Shown here piece after piece: positions 50,526 through 59,497 of a DNA stretch of 64,000 bases. The position numbers and the translations under genes are program-made. Origin of the DNA: Polyangiales bacterium (GTDB lineage Bacteria; Myxococcota_A; Polyangia; Polyangiales; Polyangiaceae); assembly GCA_038231275.1 (NCBI GenBank), contig JBBRLQ010000004.1, forward strand, positions 64,001 to 128,000, in the 5' to 3' direction. Within the stretch, counting starts at the first letter, position 1; the number at the start of each line of letters is the position of its first letter. The notes under the pieces were generated by a model. That model saw nothing but the letters and a program-made list of their open reading frames with translations. It did not search any database and was not told where the DNA came from.

Positions 50526-51590
50526 ATGGATCGGGACGCTAAACCAAGCTTCGCGACGATGGAGGAGAAGCCGGCAGAGACATCGAGGTTGCGTCGAGAC
50601 GTCGAGGGCGCCTTGCGACGCGCGCTCGACCCGTCGGACGTCCTCCCGCTCTTGCATCGCCTCGCGCGGAGCGCGGCGCCGGGGACCGATGAGAGCGTCT
50701 TCGCGCACCGCCACCTCGCAGAGCTGATCGCGGCGCGTCACCCCTGGCGGGCCGCGCTCTACGCGCGTCGCGTGACCGCCGAGCGACCCGACGACGATCG
50801 CGCGTGGGCCGTGCTCGCGCTCTGCCAGACCCTCCTCGCGAACTACCGATACGCGGCGGCGAGCTATCAGCGCGCCCTGTCGTGCGCGCCGAAGAACCCT
50901 TGGTACGCACACAACCTCGGCCACTTGCTCGACGTGGCGCTCGGCCGACCGCAGGAGGCGCTGGGGTGGCTGCGCACCGCGTACGCCGGCGCGCCCAACC
51001 ATGGAGAGATCGCCACCAGCCTCGCGCACGCGCTCGCGCGCGCAGGTCTTCTCGGAGAGGCGAAGAAGGTGCTCGGCCGCGCGATGCGCAAGAGCGCGTC
51101 GAGCGAGCAGCAGGCACTCTGGCGATGGATTGAGCAAGGCGCGCCGGCGGACAAGCGCGCGGCGCGATCCAAGCCCACGATCGTTCCGCTGCCCGGCACC
51201 GAAGACGTAGGGCCGGCGAGCGCTAGCGCTACGCGTCGTCCGAGGCGCGTGAGACCGGCGGCGAAGGACCTCGTCCGTCAGCAGGTGACGGCGCTTCACG
51301 CGGCGCTCGATCGCGGCTTGGAAAATCTCCCGCTCGCGCCGCGTCAACGCGCGCGGGCACGTGCGCTCGCGCGCGACGTCGTGTCGCGCGAAGTGTTCGC
51401 GCGCAGCGGCGCGAGTGAGGACGGTACGCTGCGCACGCAGGCTGTCGCCTCCGCGATCGCCTACGCGATCGTCTGGCTCGACGACGTGCCACTGACGCAA
51501 GCGGAGGTCGCCGCCCCTTTCCGCGTGAGCGTCGCTCGTCTGCGCGGGCGCTTCGCCGAGCTCCGCTCGAAGCTGGGACTCGTCACGTAG
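50526..51590 (+). CDS. TPR protein with C-terminal TFIIB/cyclin-like HTH region, about 354 aa
   Basis: TPRs (YQRALSCAPKNPWYAHNLG); C-terminal AVASAIAY...LTQAEVA..FRVS...LR.RF.EL...LGL. Confidence 0.75.
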   Translation: MDRDAKPSFATMEEKPAETSRLRRDVEGALRRALDPSDVLPLLHRLARSAAPGTDESVFAHRHLAELIAARHPWRAALYARRVTAERPDDDRAWAVLALCQTLLANYRYAAASYQRALSCAPKNPWYAHNLGHLLDVALGRPQEALGWLRTAYAGAPNHGEIATSLAHALARAGLLGEAKKVLGRAMRKSASSEQQALWRWIEQGAPADKRAARSKPTIVPLPGTEDVGPASASATRRPRRVRPAAKDLVRQQVTALHAALDRGLENLPLAPRQRARARALARDVVSREVFARSGASEDGTLRTQAVASAIAYAIVWLDDVPLTQAEVAAPFRVSVARLRGRFAELRSKLGLVT

Positions 51591-51681
51591 CAGGCTCATC
51601 CCTAGGCGCTCCGAGGAGAAACGCGCCGCTCACGGTAAATTCGGAAATTTGCCTGGCGAGTTGTGCGACAACACGCGGGAC

Positions 51682-53130
51682 ATGCGCGCACGGATTCCGC
51701 TCGTTTTCCTCGCCCTCGCCGCCGGCACCGCCACGGTGATGCTCTGCGCGTCTCCCGCGCTCGCCCAGCCGGCCCCGACGTCGCCCGCGCCGCTCCCCCC
51801 GCCCGGCGCCGAGCCGCCGATCGTCATCCCGCCGCTGCCGGACGTGAACGATCCCATGCTCGCGCCGATGCCACCGGCGACCAAGAACCTCGCAACGCTG
51901 GAAGAGGCGCTCACGTTGGTGAAGGCGCGCTCCACGGATCTACGGGTCGCGTACCTCGAGACCGAGCGCGCGGCCGGGCAGACGCGCGTGGCGCTGGCCG
52001 GGCTCCTCACGACGATCAACGGCAACGTCACGGTGACGAAGAACCTGATCACGCGGACGGCCACGCAGCCCGCGCTCGTCGGCGGTGGCCTCGGCACCGT
52101 CAGCGTGACCACGCCGACATCGGATCCATTCCTGACGGGCGGGGTCACCGTCATCCAGCCGATCGTCAATCTCCGCAACTATCACAACTGGAAGACGGCG
52201 CAGGAGTTCGAGAAGGTCCAGAAGCTTAGCCTCGAGGACGTGCAGCGCAACTTGGCCCTCAACCTCGCGAACGCGCTCGTCGGCGTCGTCACCGCGGAGC
52301 GCGTCGCCGAGCTCAATCGCGCGAGCTTTCGCACGACCCTCGAGCGTCTCGATCTCACGAGGCGGCGCCGTACGCTCGGCGCGGCGACCGGCCTCGACGT
52401 CGCGCGCGCGCAGCTCGACGTCGAGACGGCGCGCGCCAGCATCGTCACGGGCGACGAGTCGCTGCGCCAGTCGCGCGAGGCGCTGGGCTTGGCGGTCGGC
52501 ATGCCGCAACAGGTCGGCGTCTCAAAGCAGCTCGACATCAACGGCCTCGAGCACGCCGCGCTGACGTCGTGCCGCGTCGCGCCGAGCCTCGAGGCGCGCG
52601 CCGACATCGCCGCCGCACGCCAGCGCGTCATCGTCGCCGCCCGCAACCACGACAACGTGAAGCTCCAGTTCTTGCCGACGCTCAACGCCGTAAGCGGCCT
52701 CAACACCACGACGCTCGACACCGGGAGCGCCTACCCCACCACCTGGAACATCCAGGCCGTCCTCGCCGTGCCGCTGTGGGAAGGCGGCGCGCGGTATGGC
52801 CTCCTCCGAGATACCGAGGCGCAGACGCGCGAGGCGGAGATGAGCCTCGAGTCGCTCCGCAGGAACGCGACCGTGCAGCTCGAACAAGCCAAGCGTGGCG
52901 TCTCCGTGGCCGATGCGTCGCTCAAGGTCGCCACCGACCACCGCGCCCTCGCGGCCGAGACCGACAGGCTCGTGCGCGCCGGTTATGCGGAGGGTCAGTT
53001 CACCAGCCTCGACTTGGTGACCGCCGCCGCGACGCTCCGCAACGCCGACATCGATCTCGCGCTGAAGGAGTTCGGGCTGGTGCAGGCGCGCATCTTGGCG
53101 ATCCTCTCGCTCGCGACTTGTCCCTTCTGA
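51682..53130 (+). CDS. TolC-family outer membrane factor, 482 aa
   Basis: Signal peptide, TLEEAL, G.ATGLDVARAQ, RADI.AA, VPLWEGG, Y.EG..TSLDL..A. Confidence 0.88.
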   Translation: MRARIPLVFLALAAGTATVMLCASPALAQPAPTSPAPLPPPGAEPPIVIPPLPDVNDPMLAPMPPATKNLATLEEALTLVKARSTDLRVAYLETERAAGQTRVALAGLLTTINGNVTVTKNLITRTATQPALVGGGLGTVSVTTPTSDPFLTGGVTVIQPIVNLRNYHNWKTAQEFEKVQKLSLEDVQRNLALNLANALVGVVTAERVAELNRASFRTTLERLDLTRRRRTLGAATGLDVARAQLDVETARASIVTGDESLRQSREALGLAVGMPQQVGVSKQLDINGLEHAALTSCRVAPSLEARADIAAARQRVIVAARNHDNVKLQFLPTLNAVSGLNTTTLDTGSAYPTTWNIQAVLAVPLWEGGARYGLLRDTEAQTREAEMSLESLRRNATVQLEQAKRGVSVADASLKVATDHRALAAETDRLVRAGYAEGQFTSLDLVTAAATLRNADIDLALKEFGLVQARILAILSLATCPF

Positions 53131-53195
53131 GCGGCCCTTGAAGCGAACATCGTCTTCACGGAAGGGGCAGACGACGGTAGCGACACACCAGCGGT

Positions 53196-54671
53196 CTACG
53201 TACCCGTCGGCGCCGCCGAGTCCCATCCGCTGACGCGCGCGAGGTCCGACAGGGCCACGTTGTACTCCATGAGCGCGTACATGTGCTGGACGCGCGCGTT
53301 GATGTAGATGCGAAGGGGCTCGTTGAGGGAGTTCTCGTTCTTCGTGCCGAGATCGATCGCGTCTTGCACCGTGCTGATCCATTGCTTGGAGCGGTGCTCC
53401 GCGCGCATCCACGACTCCTCGCGATTCTTCGTCTCGAGGACGACGGCGTACGCGTTCTCGACCTCGACGCCGATGCCGCCGAGCGCGTAGCGGAGCGTCG
53501 CCCGCGACTCCTCGAGATCGGCCTCGGTGCGTGCGACACGCGCGGCGTTCGGCAAGATGTCGAGGCTCCACCGCGCGCCGAACGCGCCGCCAAGGTAGAA
53601 GTGGTTCGGGTTGCCGAGGAGGGCGGTCGACTGGGTCGTGATGCTCGGATAGACGCCGTAGCTCGCGCCGAGGCCAATGCCGATGTCCGGAAAATACCGG
53701 GCGCGCTGGAGATCGACGAGCGCCTCTCGCGCGACGACCGCGGCGCGCGCCTGCGCAACCTCCGGCCGGAAGAGGCGCGCGGCCGAGAGGTAACGTACGA
53801 CCGGCGCGAGCGGCACGTCGGGGCGCTTGAGCGGCTCGTCGGGGATGTCGAACGACGACTGCACGCCGGTGAAGAAGCGGAGCGCCGCCAGCGCATACGT
53901 CTCGCCTCGCCTCGCCTCGCCCGCGCGGGCCGTGACCTCGTCGCGGTAGATGAGGAGGCGCAGCTTGTCGATCTCGTCGAGGCCGCCGTCGCCCTTCTCG
54001 ATCTTTGCGGCAATGCCCTCGATGGCCTTGCCGAGGCGCGCCAGCGCGTCGTCGATCACGTACTTGGCGTCGCGCGCGAGCTGGAGGCCGAAGAACGCGC
54101 GGCGCACGTCCATGCGCGCAACGTTCCGCCACTTCTCGATGTCCCACTCGCTGACGCGGACCTGCGCCTCCGCGGCGCGGCGGCCGGCGTCGATCTTGCC
54201 GAACGTGTAGAGCGGGATGACGCCGTTGATGTCGACGGTCGTGAAGGGCTGCCACCCGGGACCGAAGCCGGCGTTCAGGATCGTGTTGACGTTCTGCGAC
54301 GTGTAGACGGGCGTGCCGGCAACCGGTGGCGCGATGCCGGTCGTCGCGCCGGCGTTCCACTGCCAGAACGGGAGCCACTTCGCCTCGTCGAGCTGAGCGT
54401 GCGCGCTCGAGAGGCGCGCGCGCGACGCCCACAAATTGGGGTGGTTGCGATCGGTGAGCGCAAGGCACTCGGCCAGCGTGTAGGTCCGCGGCTTGATCGT
54501 GACGATCGGCGCCTGGTAGGTGCCGAGGCCGCCGTCGTCGCCCTTCTTGCTGTCGTCGGCCTTCTTCGTGTCGTCGTCGTCGAGGTCGAACGGCCCCGCG
54601 AACGCCGCCGGCGCGACTGCGCAAATGACGGACCCGACGAGAATCGACGTAAGGAACTTCCAAGTGCGCAT
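53196..54671 (-). CDS. TolC-family outer membrane factor, 491 aa
   Basis: Signal peptide, YTLAECL.L...NHP.L, PLYTFGKI, RPEV, ARYFPDI, YNVALSDL.R.SG. Confidence 0.85.
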   Translation of the reverse strand: MRTWKFLTSILVGSVICAVAPAAFAGPFDLDDDDTKKADDSKKGDDGGLGTYQAPIVTIKPRTYTLAECLALTDRNHPNLWASRARLSSAHAQLDEAKWLPFWQWNAGATTGIAPPVAGTPVYTSQNVNTILNAGFGPGWQPFTTVDINGVIPLYTFGKIDAGRRAAEAQVRVSEWDIEKWRNVARMDVRRAFFGLQLARDAKYVIDDALARLGKAIEGIAAKIEKGDGGLDEIDKLRLLIYRDEVTARAGEARRGETYALAALRFFTGVQSSFDIPDEPLKRPDVPLAPVVRYLSAARLFRPEVAQARAAVVAREALVDLQRARYFPDIGIGLGASYGVYPSITTQSTALLGNPNHFYLGGAFGARWSLDILPNAARVARTEADLEESRATLRYALGGIGVEVENAYAVVLETKNREESWMRAEHRSKQWISTVQDAIDLGTKNENSLNEPLRIYINARVQHMYALMEYNVALSDLARVSGWDSAAPTGT

Positions 54672-54727
54672 GGCGCCGGGGGGACGTTAGAGCAGAAGTC
54701 GCTCGAACGGAACGGGCAAACGACGTG

Positions 54728-55768
54728 TCAGGTCCCCTCGCCGCCCATGGGATCCTTCATCGCGCCGGGGGTGTAGATGAAGCCCTTCTGCTGGAACACG
54801 CACAGCCGCCCGCCGCCGTCGCGCTTTGCCTGGAGCAGCGCCGTGTCGGCGGCTTTGAGGAGCGCGTCCTTCGTGCGCACGTCGCGGCTCGGGAAGAGCG
54901 CGACGCCGAGCGACACGCTGACGCGCGCGGGACCGCCCGGAAGCTCCCATGCGCGGGCGCCGACGTCCTTCCAGATGCGCTCGGCGACCGACAGCGAGCC
55001 CGCGAAGTGCGTGGCCGGCAAGAGAACGAGGAACTCGTCGCCGCCGTAGCGCGTGACGACGTCGCTCTCGCGCACGCTCTTGCGGATGACGTCGGCGACG
55101 CCGCGAAGCACCGCGTCGCCGAACGCGCGGCCGCCGCGATCGTTGCTCGCCTTCAGCCGGTCGATGTCGAGGACGCAACACGAGAGCGGCTCGTGCTGGC
55201 GCTCGGCCTTCTTGAACTCGTCGGCGAGGCGCGTGTGCAGGTAGCGGTAGTTGTAGAGTCCGGTGAGCTCGTCGTGGACGCTGACGCGCTCGAGCGTCGC
55301 GCGCGCGGACTGCATCTCGTCGTGCAGGCGCTTGATGCGGAGCATCCCGTCGACACGCGCGAGGACCTCGGCCTCCTCGAAGGGCTTGCAGACGTAGTCG
55401 TCGGCGCCGCACTTGAGACCCTCGACGCGGCTCGCCGGATCGGTGCGCACGGTGGCGAGGATGACGGGGACGAACGACTTGTCGGCCATCCCCTTGAGGA
55501 TGCGGCACGCCTCGATGCCGTTGACCCTCGGCATGGTCGCGTCGACGAGGACGAGATCGACGCCACCCTTCGCGACCCGGTCGACTGCCTCTTGTCCGTC
55601 CGCGACGGTGTCGACGTCGTACCCCGCCGCCCGCAGCATCTCGCCGAGGCGCTCGCGGGTGACGTCGTCATCGTCGGCGACCACGAGGCGCGGCCGGCGC
55701 GGGGGCGCGGGCGAAGGGATGCGCCCGACGAGGTCCCGTGTGGAGTCGCGCGGCGGCCGCAGAGGCAT
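54728..55768 (-). CDS. Response regulator-diguanylate cyclase (REC-GGDEF), about 346 aa
   Basis: REC motifs VADDD, LVDATMP, GADDYVCKPF; DELTGLYN; I-site RESD; RYGGDEF. Confidence 0.93.
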   Translation of the reverse strand: MPLRPPRDSTRDLVGRIPSPAPPRRPRLVVADDDDVTRERLGEMLRAAGYDVDTVADGQEAVDRVAKGGVDLVLVDATMPRVNGIEACRILKGMADKSFVPVILATVRTDPASRVEGLKCGADDYVCKPFEEAEVLARVDGMLRIKRLHDEMQSARATLERVSVHDELTGLYNYRYLHTRLADEFKKAERQHEPLSCCVLDIDRLKASNDRGGRAFGDAVLRGVADVIRKSVRESDVVTRYGGDEFLVLLPATHFAGSLSVAERIWKDVGARAWELPGGPARVSVSLGVALFPSRDVRTKDALLKAADTALLQAKRDGGGRLCVFQQKGFIYTPGAMKDPMGGEGT

Positions 55769-55862
55769 CCGCTGCAAGATGCAGCCTTTGCCTCAAAGGG
55801 GCAACTTCGACTTGGTGTTTGCCGCACTTGTGCGAGGGCGCGAAGCGGAGCCACAATGCGCC

Positions 55863-58151
55863 GTGGGGCGCAAACCGGACCTGTTCGCGGACCGCTACGA
55901 GGTCCTGGATCTCGTGGCCGTGGCGCCCACGGCGGCGGTCTACCGAGCGAACGATCGCCTCCTCGGACACGCGGTGACCCTCAAGATCCTGCGCAAAGAT
56001 CTCGCGGGCGCGGCGCTGGCGGTGAGCCGGTTTCGACACGACGCGCTCCTCGCGCGGCGAATCGCACACCCCAACGTCGCGCGCGTCCTCGACGTCGGAG
56101 AGCATGGCGGCGCGCACTACGTCGTCCGCGAGCTGGTCGCAGGCGAGTCGCTCGACGTCCTCCTCGAGGCGAAGTCCTCCCTGCCCCAAGACCGCGCGGC
56201 GCGGATCGCCCTGCAGCTCGCGCGCGCGCTCGCAGCGGCGCATGAACGAGGGATCGCGCACTGCGATCTCGTCCCGGAGAACATCGTGGTCGATTCGCGG
56301 GGCGGTGTCGTGTTGACCGACTTCGGCGCCGCGCGCGACCGCGCAGGATCGGCGCCCGAGCTACGAGAGGGGCACGCGGCGACCGAGCGCGCGGATCTGT
56401 ACACGCTCGGCACGCTCCTCTACCAGATGCTCACCGGCGCGCCCCCGTGGGGGCGGCGCGGCGGCGTCGCCAGTGGTGCGGCTCGCCACTCCGTCGTTCC
56501 GACGCGGCCGCACGACTTCGATCCGAAGATCGGCGTCGAGCTGTCGACCCTCGTCATGATGCTGCTCGAGCGCGAGCCGTCAAAGCGCCCCGAGAGCGCG
56601 CGGGCGGTCGAGGCGACGTTGACGCGAATCGCGCCAGCGGCCGCCGCACCATCGAAGCCGCCGACTCCCCCGGCCCCTGTTCCCAAACCAGCCCCGACGT
56701 CGGCGCGGACGCCATCCTCTCGCCGCGAGCCGACGAGCGCGCGCCCGCGCCGTCCTCGCGCGGTCGCCGTGATCGTCGCCGACGATGGCGTTGGAAAGCG
56801 CCGGTTCGTTGGCGACGCCCTCGCGTCGGCGATCGTCGACCGTATGTCGGCGATTTCGTCCATCCGCGTCCTCACTCCCTCCGCCGACGCGGACGAGCGC
56901 GGAGAAGAGGATCCGCGGCTCGCGGCGCTCCGGATGGGCGCCGACGTGGTCCTCAGCGGGTCGCTCCATCTCCGCGCGAGCGAGGACGCTCGGTTCTCGG
57001 TCGATCTGCTCTCCGTCGAGAGCGGTGAGCTCCTCTGGCACGCCGAGATCGTGCGCTCGCTCAAGGAGCTCTTCAAGATCGCGGACGAGGTGGTCACCGG
57101 CGCGGCCCACGCGCTCGATCGGCAGGCGGCGCCGCCGCGGTCGGGCGTTCCGGAGCCGGACCCGAGCGACGTCGACCCCTACCTGCGCGCGCGCGGACGA
57201 CTCGCCGAGTACACGAAGGAGGCTTCCGACGACGCCGAGCGAGGCCTCGCCGCGGCCTTCCTCCGCGCTCCGAACGATCCCGCACTGGCATGCTGGCTCG
57301 CGCTTGCGAAGCTTCAGCGATGGGCGTTCGATCCTGCACTTGGACAAGGCGACGAAGCGGCGCCGGTGGTGGCCGAGCGAATCGCGCTGGAGGTGCTGAA
57401 GCGTTCTCCCGCGGCGGCCGAGGCCCACTTGGTCCTCGCGACGCTCGCCGATGCGCGAGGCGATGCGGCGAGCGCGATGCGCCACGCGCGCGCGTCGGTC
57501 CGATCGTCGCCGACCTTGGCCGACGCGCACGCGCTGATCGGGCGCCTGCGGGTGGAGGCGAACGACGTCATCGCCGGCGAGAGGGACCTGGAGGTGGCGC
57601 TCGGGTTGAGCACGCACGTCGTCACGCTGCTCGCGCTCGCGCGCACGCGCGGACTGCTCCAGGATTTCGAGCGCGCCGCGGAGTCGCTCTACCTCGTCGA
57701 CGCGAAGGTGCCGGGGCACCTCGGGGCGGCGCTCGTCCGGATGGAGGCCGCGGCGTGGAGCCTCGATCCGGCAACTGCGGCGCGGGCCCGTGCGCGCGCG
57801 CTGGAGGTCACGGCCACCTGCACCGGCACGCTGGTGCACGCCATCCGCGCGCGCGCGGGCCTCGACGTCGATCGGGAGCTCGGCGCGCTCACCGCCGTGT
57901 GCGCGACGCCCGGGTGCACGGCGCGCAGCCGCGCATGGCTGCTTCAGTGCATCTGCGAGGTGCGCGCGGCGGCCGGAGATCCGGCGGGCGCAATCAGCGC
58001 GCTCCGCGACCTCGACGAGGCCGGGTCGATCGACGCGTTGTGGCTTGAGAGCTGCCCTGCCCTCGCGCCGCTGCGCGCGCTGAGCGGGTTCTCCACCGCG
58101 CGCGCGGCGATCCTGGCGCGGGCCGATCTCGCGCTCGACGCGCCGGCGTGA
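55863..58151 (+). CDS. Degenerate Ser/Thr kinase (probable pseudokinase) with TolB-like and TPR regions, about 762 aa
   Basis: RYEV, VTLKIL, HPNV, HCDLVPEN, DFG, APE, DLYTLG; Pro-rich linker; GADVVLSGSL..S...LW; TPR-like C-terminus. GTG start is inferred. Confidence 0.8.
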   Translation: MGRKPDLFADRYEVLDLVAVAPTAAVYRANDRLLGHAVTLKILRKDLAGAALAVSRFRHDALLARRIAHPNVARVLDVGEHGGAHYVVRELVAGESLDVLLEAKSSLPQDRAARIALQLARALAAAHERGIAHCDLVPENIVVDSRGGVVLTDFGAARDRAGSAPELREGHAATERADLYTLGTLLYQMLTGAPPWGRRGGVASGAARHSVVPTRPHDFDPKIGVELSTLVMMLLEREPSKRPESARAVEATLTRIAPAAAAPSKPPTPPAPVPKPAPTSARTPSSRREPTSARPRRPRAVAVIVADDGVGKRRFVGDALASAIVDRMSAISSIRVLTPSADADERGEEDPRLAALRMGADVVLSGSLHLRASEDARFSVDLLSVESGELLWHAEIVRSLKELFKIADEVVTGAAHALDRQAAPPRSGVPEPDPSDVDPYLRARGRLAEYTKEASDDAERGLAAAFLRAPNDPALACWLALAKLQRWAFDPALGQGDEAAPVVAERIALEVLKRSPAAAEAHLVLATLADARGDAASAMRHARASVRSSPTLADAHALIGRLRVEANDVIAGERDLEVALGLSTHVVTLLALARTRGLLQDFERAAESLYLVDAKVPGHLGAALVRMEAAAWSLDPATAARARARALEVTATCTGTLVHAIRARAGLDVDRELGALTAVCATPGCTARSRAWLLQCICEVRAAAGDPAGAISALRDLDEAGSIDALWLESCPALAPLRALSGFSTARAAILARADLALDAPA

Positions 58152-58172
58152 CGACGACGACGTGATGCGTGC

Positions 58173-59276
58173 TCAGGCGATGCCGGCGAGCGCGAGGATT
58201 TTACGCGCGAGCGTCGAGAGTCCGATTTTACCGAGCTGGTCCGCGCGCGCGAGCCTCCGGTCGTCGTAGTCGTCCGCGCGGGCGCGCGCGGAGGGCGCGC
58301 GCGAGAGGTGTGCGGCGAAGACGCGCACGTCGAGGCGGCGATGCGACAAGACGTGGGCGACGCGACCGATCTCGCGCACGCCCGCGAGCGGCGCGCCTGC
58401 GAGCGCCGAGAGGGGCGCGGGATCGACGCCCTCCGCACCCGGCGGCTCCCACAGTCCGCCGAAGCGCAGGTCCGGCTTGCGGCGGGCGAGCAGCACCGTC
58501 TCGCCGCGCGTTGCCACGACCGCGACCCGGGCTTCCTCCTTCGGCTTGGGCTTGGGCCGCAGGCGTGGAAGCTCCCCTTCGATCCCGCGCTCGTGCGCAT
58601 CGCACGATTCGCGAACCGGACACGCCACGCAGCGCGCCGCGCGCGGCGTGCACACCGTCGCGCCGAGCTCCATGAGCGCCTGATTCCACTCGCCGGGGGC
58701 GCGCGCGTCGACCAGCGCCGCGGCGAGCGCCCAGATGCGCGCGAGCCCGGGCCCGCCACGCAGGTCCTCTTCCACCGCGAAGAGCCGCGCGAGGACGCGG
58801 GCGACGTTCCCGTCGACGAGCGGCGAAGCCCGACCGAACGCGATGCTCGCGACGGCGCCGGCGGTGTACGGCCCGATGCCGGGGATCGTCTGCAACGCCT
58901 CCGCGTCGTCCGGGAAGACGCCCGCGCGCTCACGCGCCACGTGCTGCGCGCCTTGATGGAGCATGCGCGCGCGACGGTAGTACCCGAGGCCGCTCCACAG
59001 TGCGAGCACGTCGCCCTCGGGCGCCTCCGCCAGGGCGTGCACTGTCGGGTACGCGCGGAGAAATCGCGCGTAGTACGGCATGACGGTCTCCACGCGCGTC
59101 TGCTGCAGCATCACCTCGCTCAGCCACACCGCGTAGGGATCGCGAGTCCGGCGCCAGGGCAAATCGCGCTTGCTGGCGGCGTACCAGGCCCCGAGGTCCG
59201 CGTGTAGGCGAGCCCGTCGCCGCGGGTCGACCGCCCCTTGCGCGACGGCCGCGGCGTGCGCACCTTTCTTCTTCAT
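58173..59276 (-). CDS. mutY: A/G-specific adenine glycosylase MutY, 367 aa
   Basis: RDLPWR, WLSEVMLQQT, WSGLGYYRRAR, PGIGPYTA, VDGNV.RV, NQALMELGA, C-X6-C-X2-C-X5-C, NUDIX-like tail. Confidence 0.96.
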   Translation of the reverse strand: MKKKGAHAAAVAQGAVDPRRRARLHADLGAWYAASKRDLPWRRTRDPYAVWLSEVMLQQTRVETVMPYYARFLRAYPTVHALAEAPEGDVLALWSGLGYYRRARMLHQGAQHVARERAGVFPDDAEALQTIPGIGPYTAGAVASIAFGRASPLVDGNVARVLARLFAVEEDLRGGPGLARIWALAAALVDARAPGEWNQALMELGATVCTPRAARCVACPVRESCDAHERGIEGELPRLRPKPKPKEEARVAVVATRGETVLLARRKPDLRFGGLWEPPGAEGVDPAPLSALAGAPLAGVREIGRVAHVLSHRRLDVRVFAAHLSRAPSARARADDYDDRRLARADQLGKIGLSTLARKILALAGIA

Positions 59277-59490
59277 GACGCGTTCCTCGCTCCCGAGCCC
59301 CGGCGTCGCCGCCGTCCTGTCGTTGATCGTCCCCGGCGTGGGGCAGTTCTACAACGGAACGTTCTTGCGCGGGGTCTTCTGGCTCATCGTCACGCCAGGC
59401 CTGTGGATCGGTAGCGGCGGGACCCTCGGCTGGATCTGCCACGTCATCGCCGCGTTCACGGCCTACCGGTACGCCGCGTCTCGGACCTGA
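59275..59490 (+). CDS. Small TM2-like membrane protein, 71 aa
   Basis: PGVAAVLSLIVPGVGQFYNG...RG..W pattern of TM2-like small membrane proteins; GC3-biased codons. Confidence 0.72.
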   Translation: MTRSSLPSPGVAAVLSLIVPGVGQFYNGTFLRGVFWLIVTPGLWIGSGGTLGWICHVIAAFTAYRYAASRT

Positions 59491-59497
59491 CGAGAGC

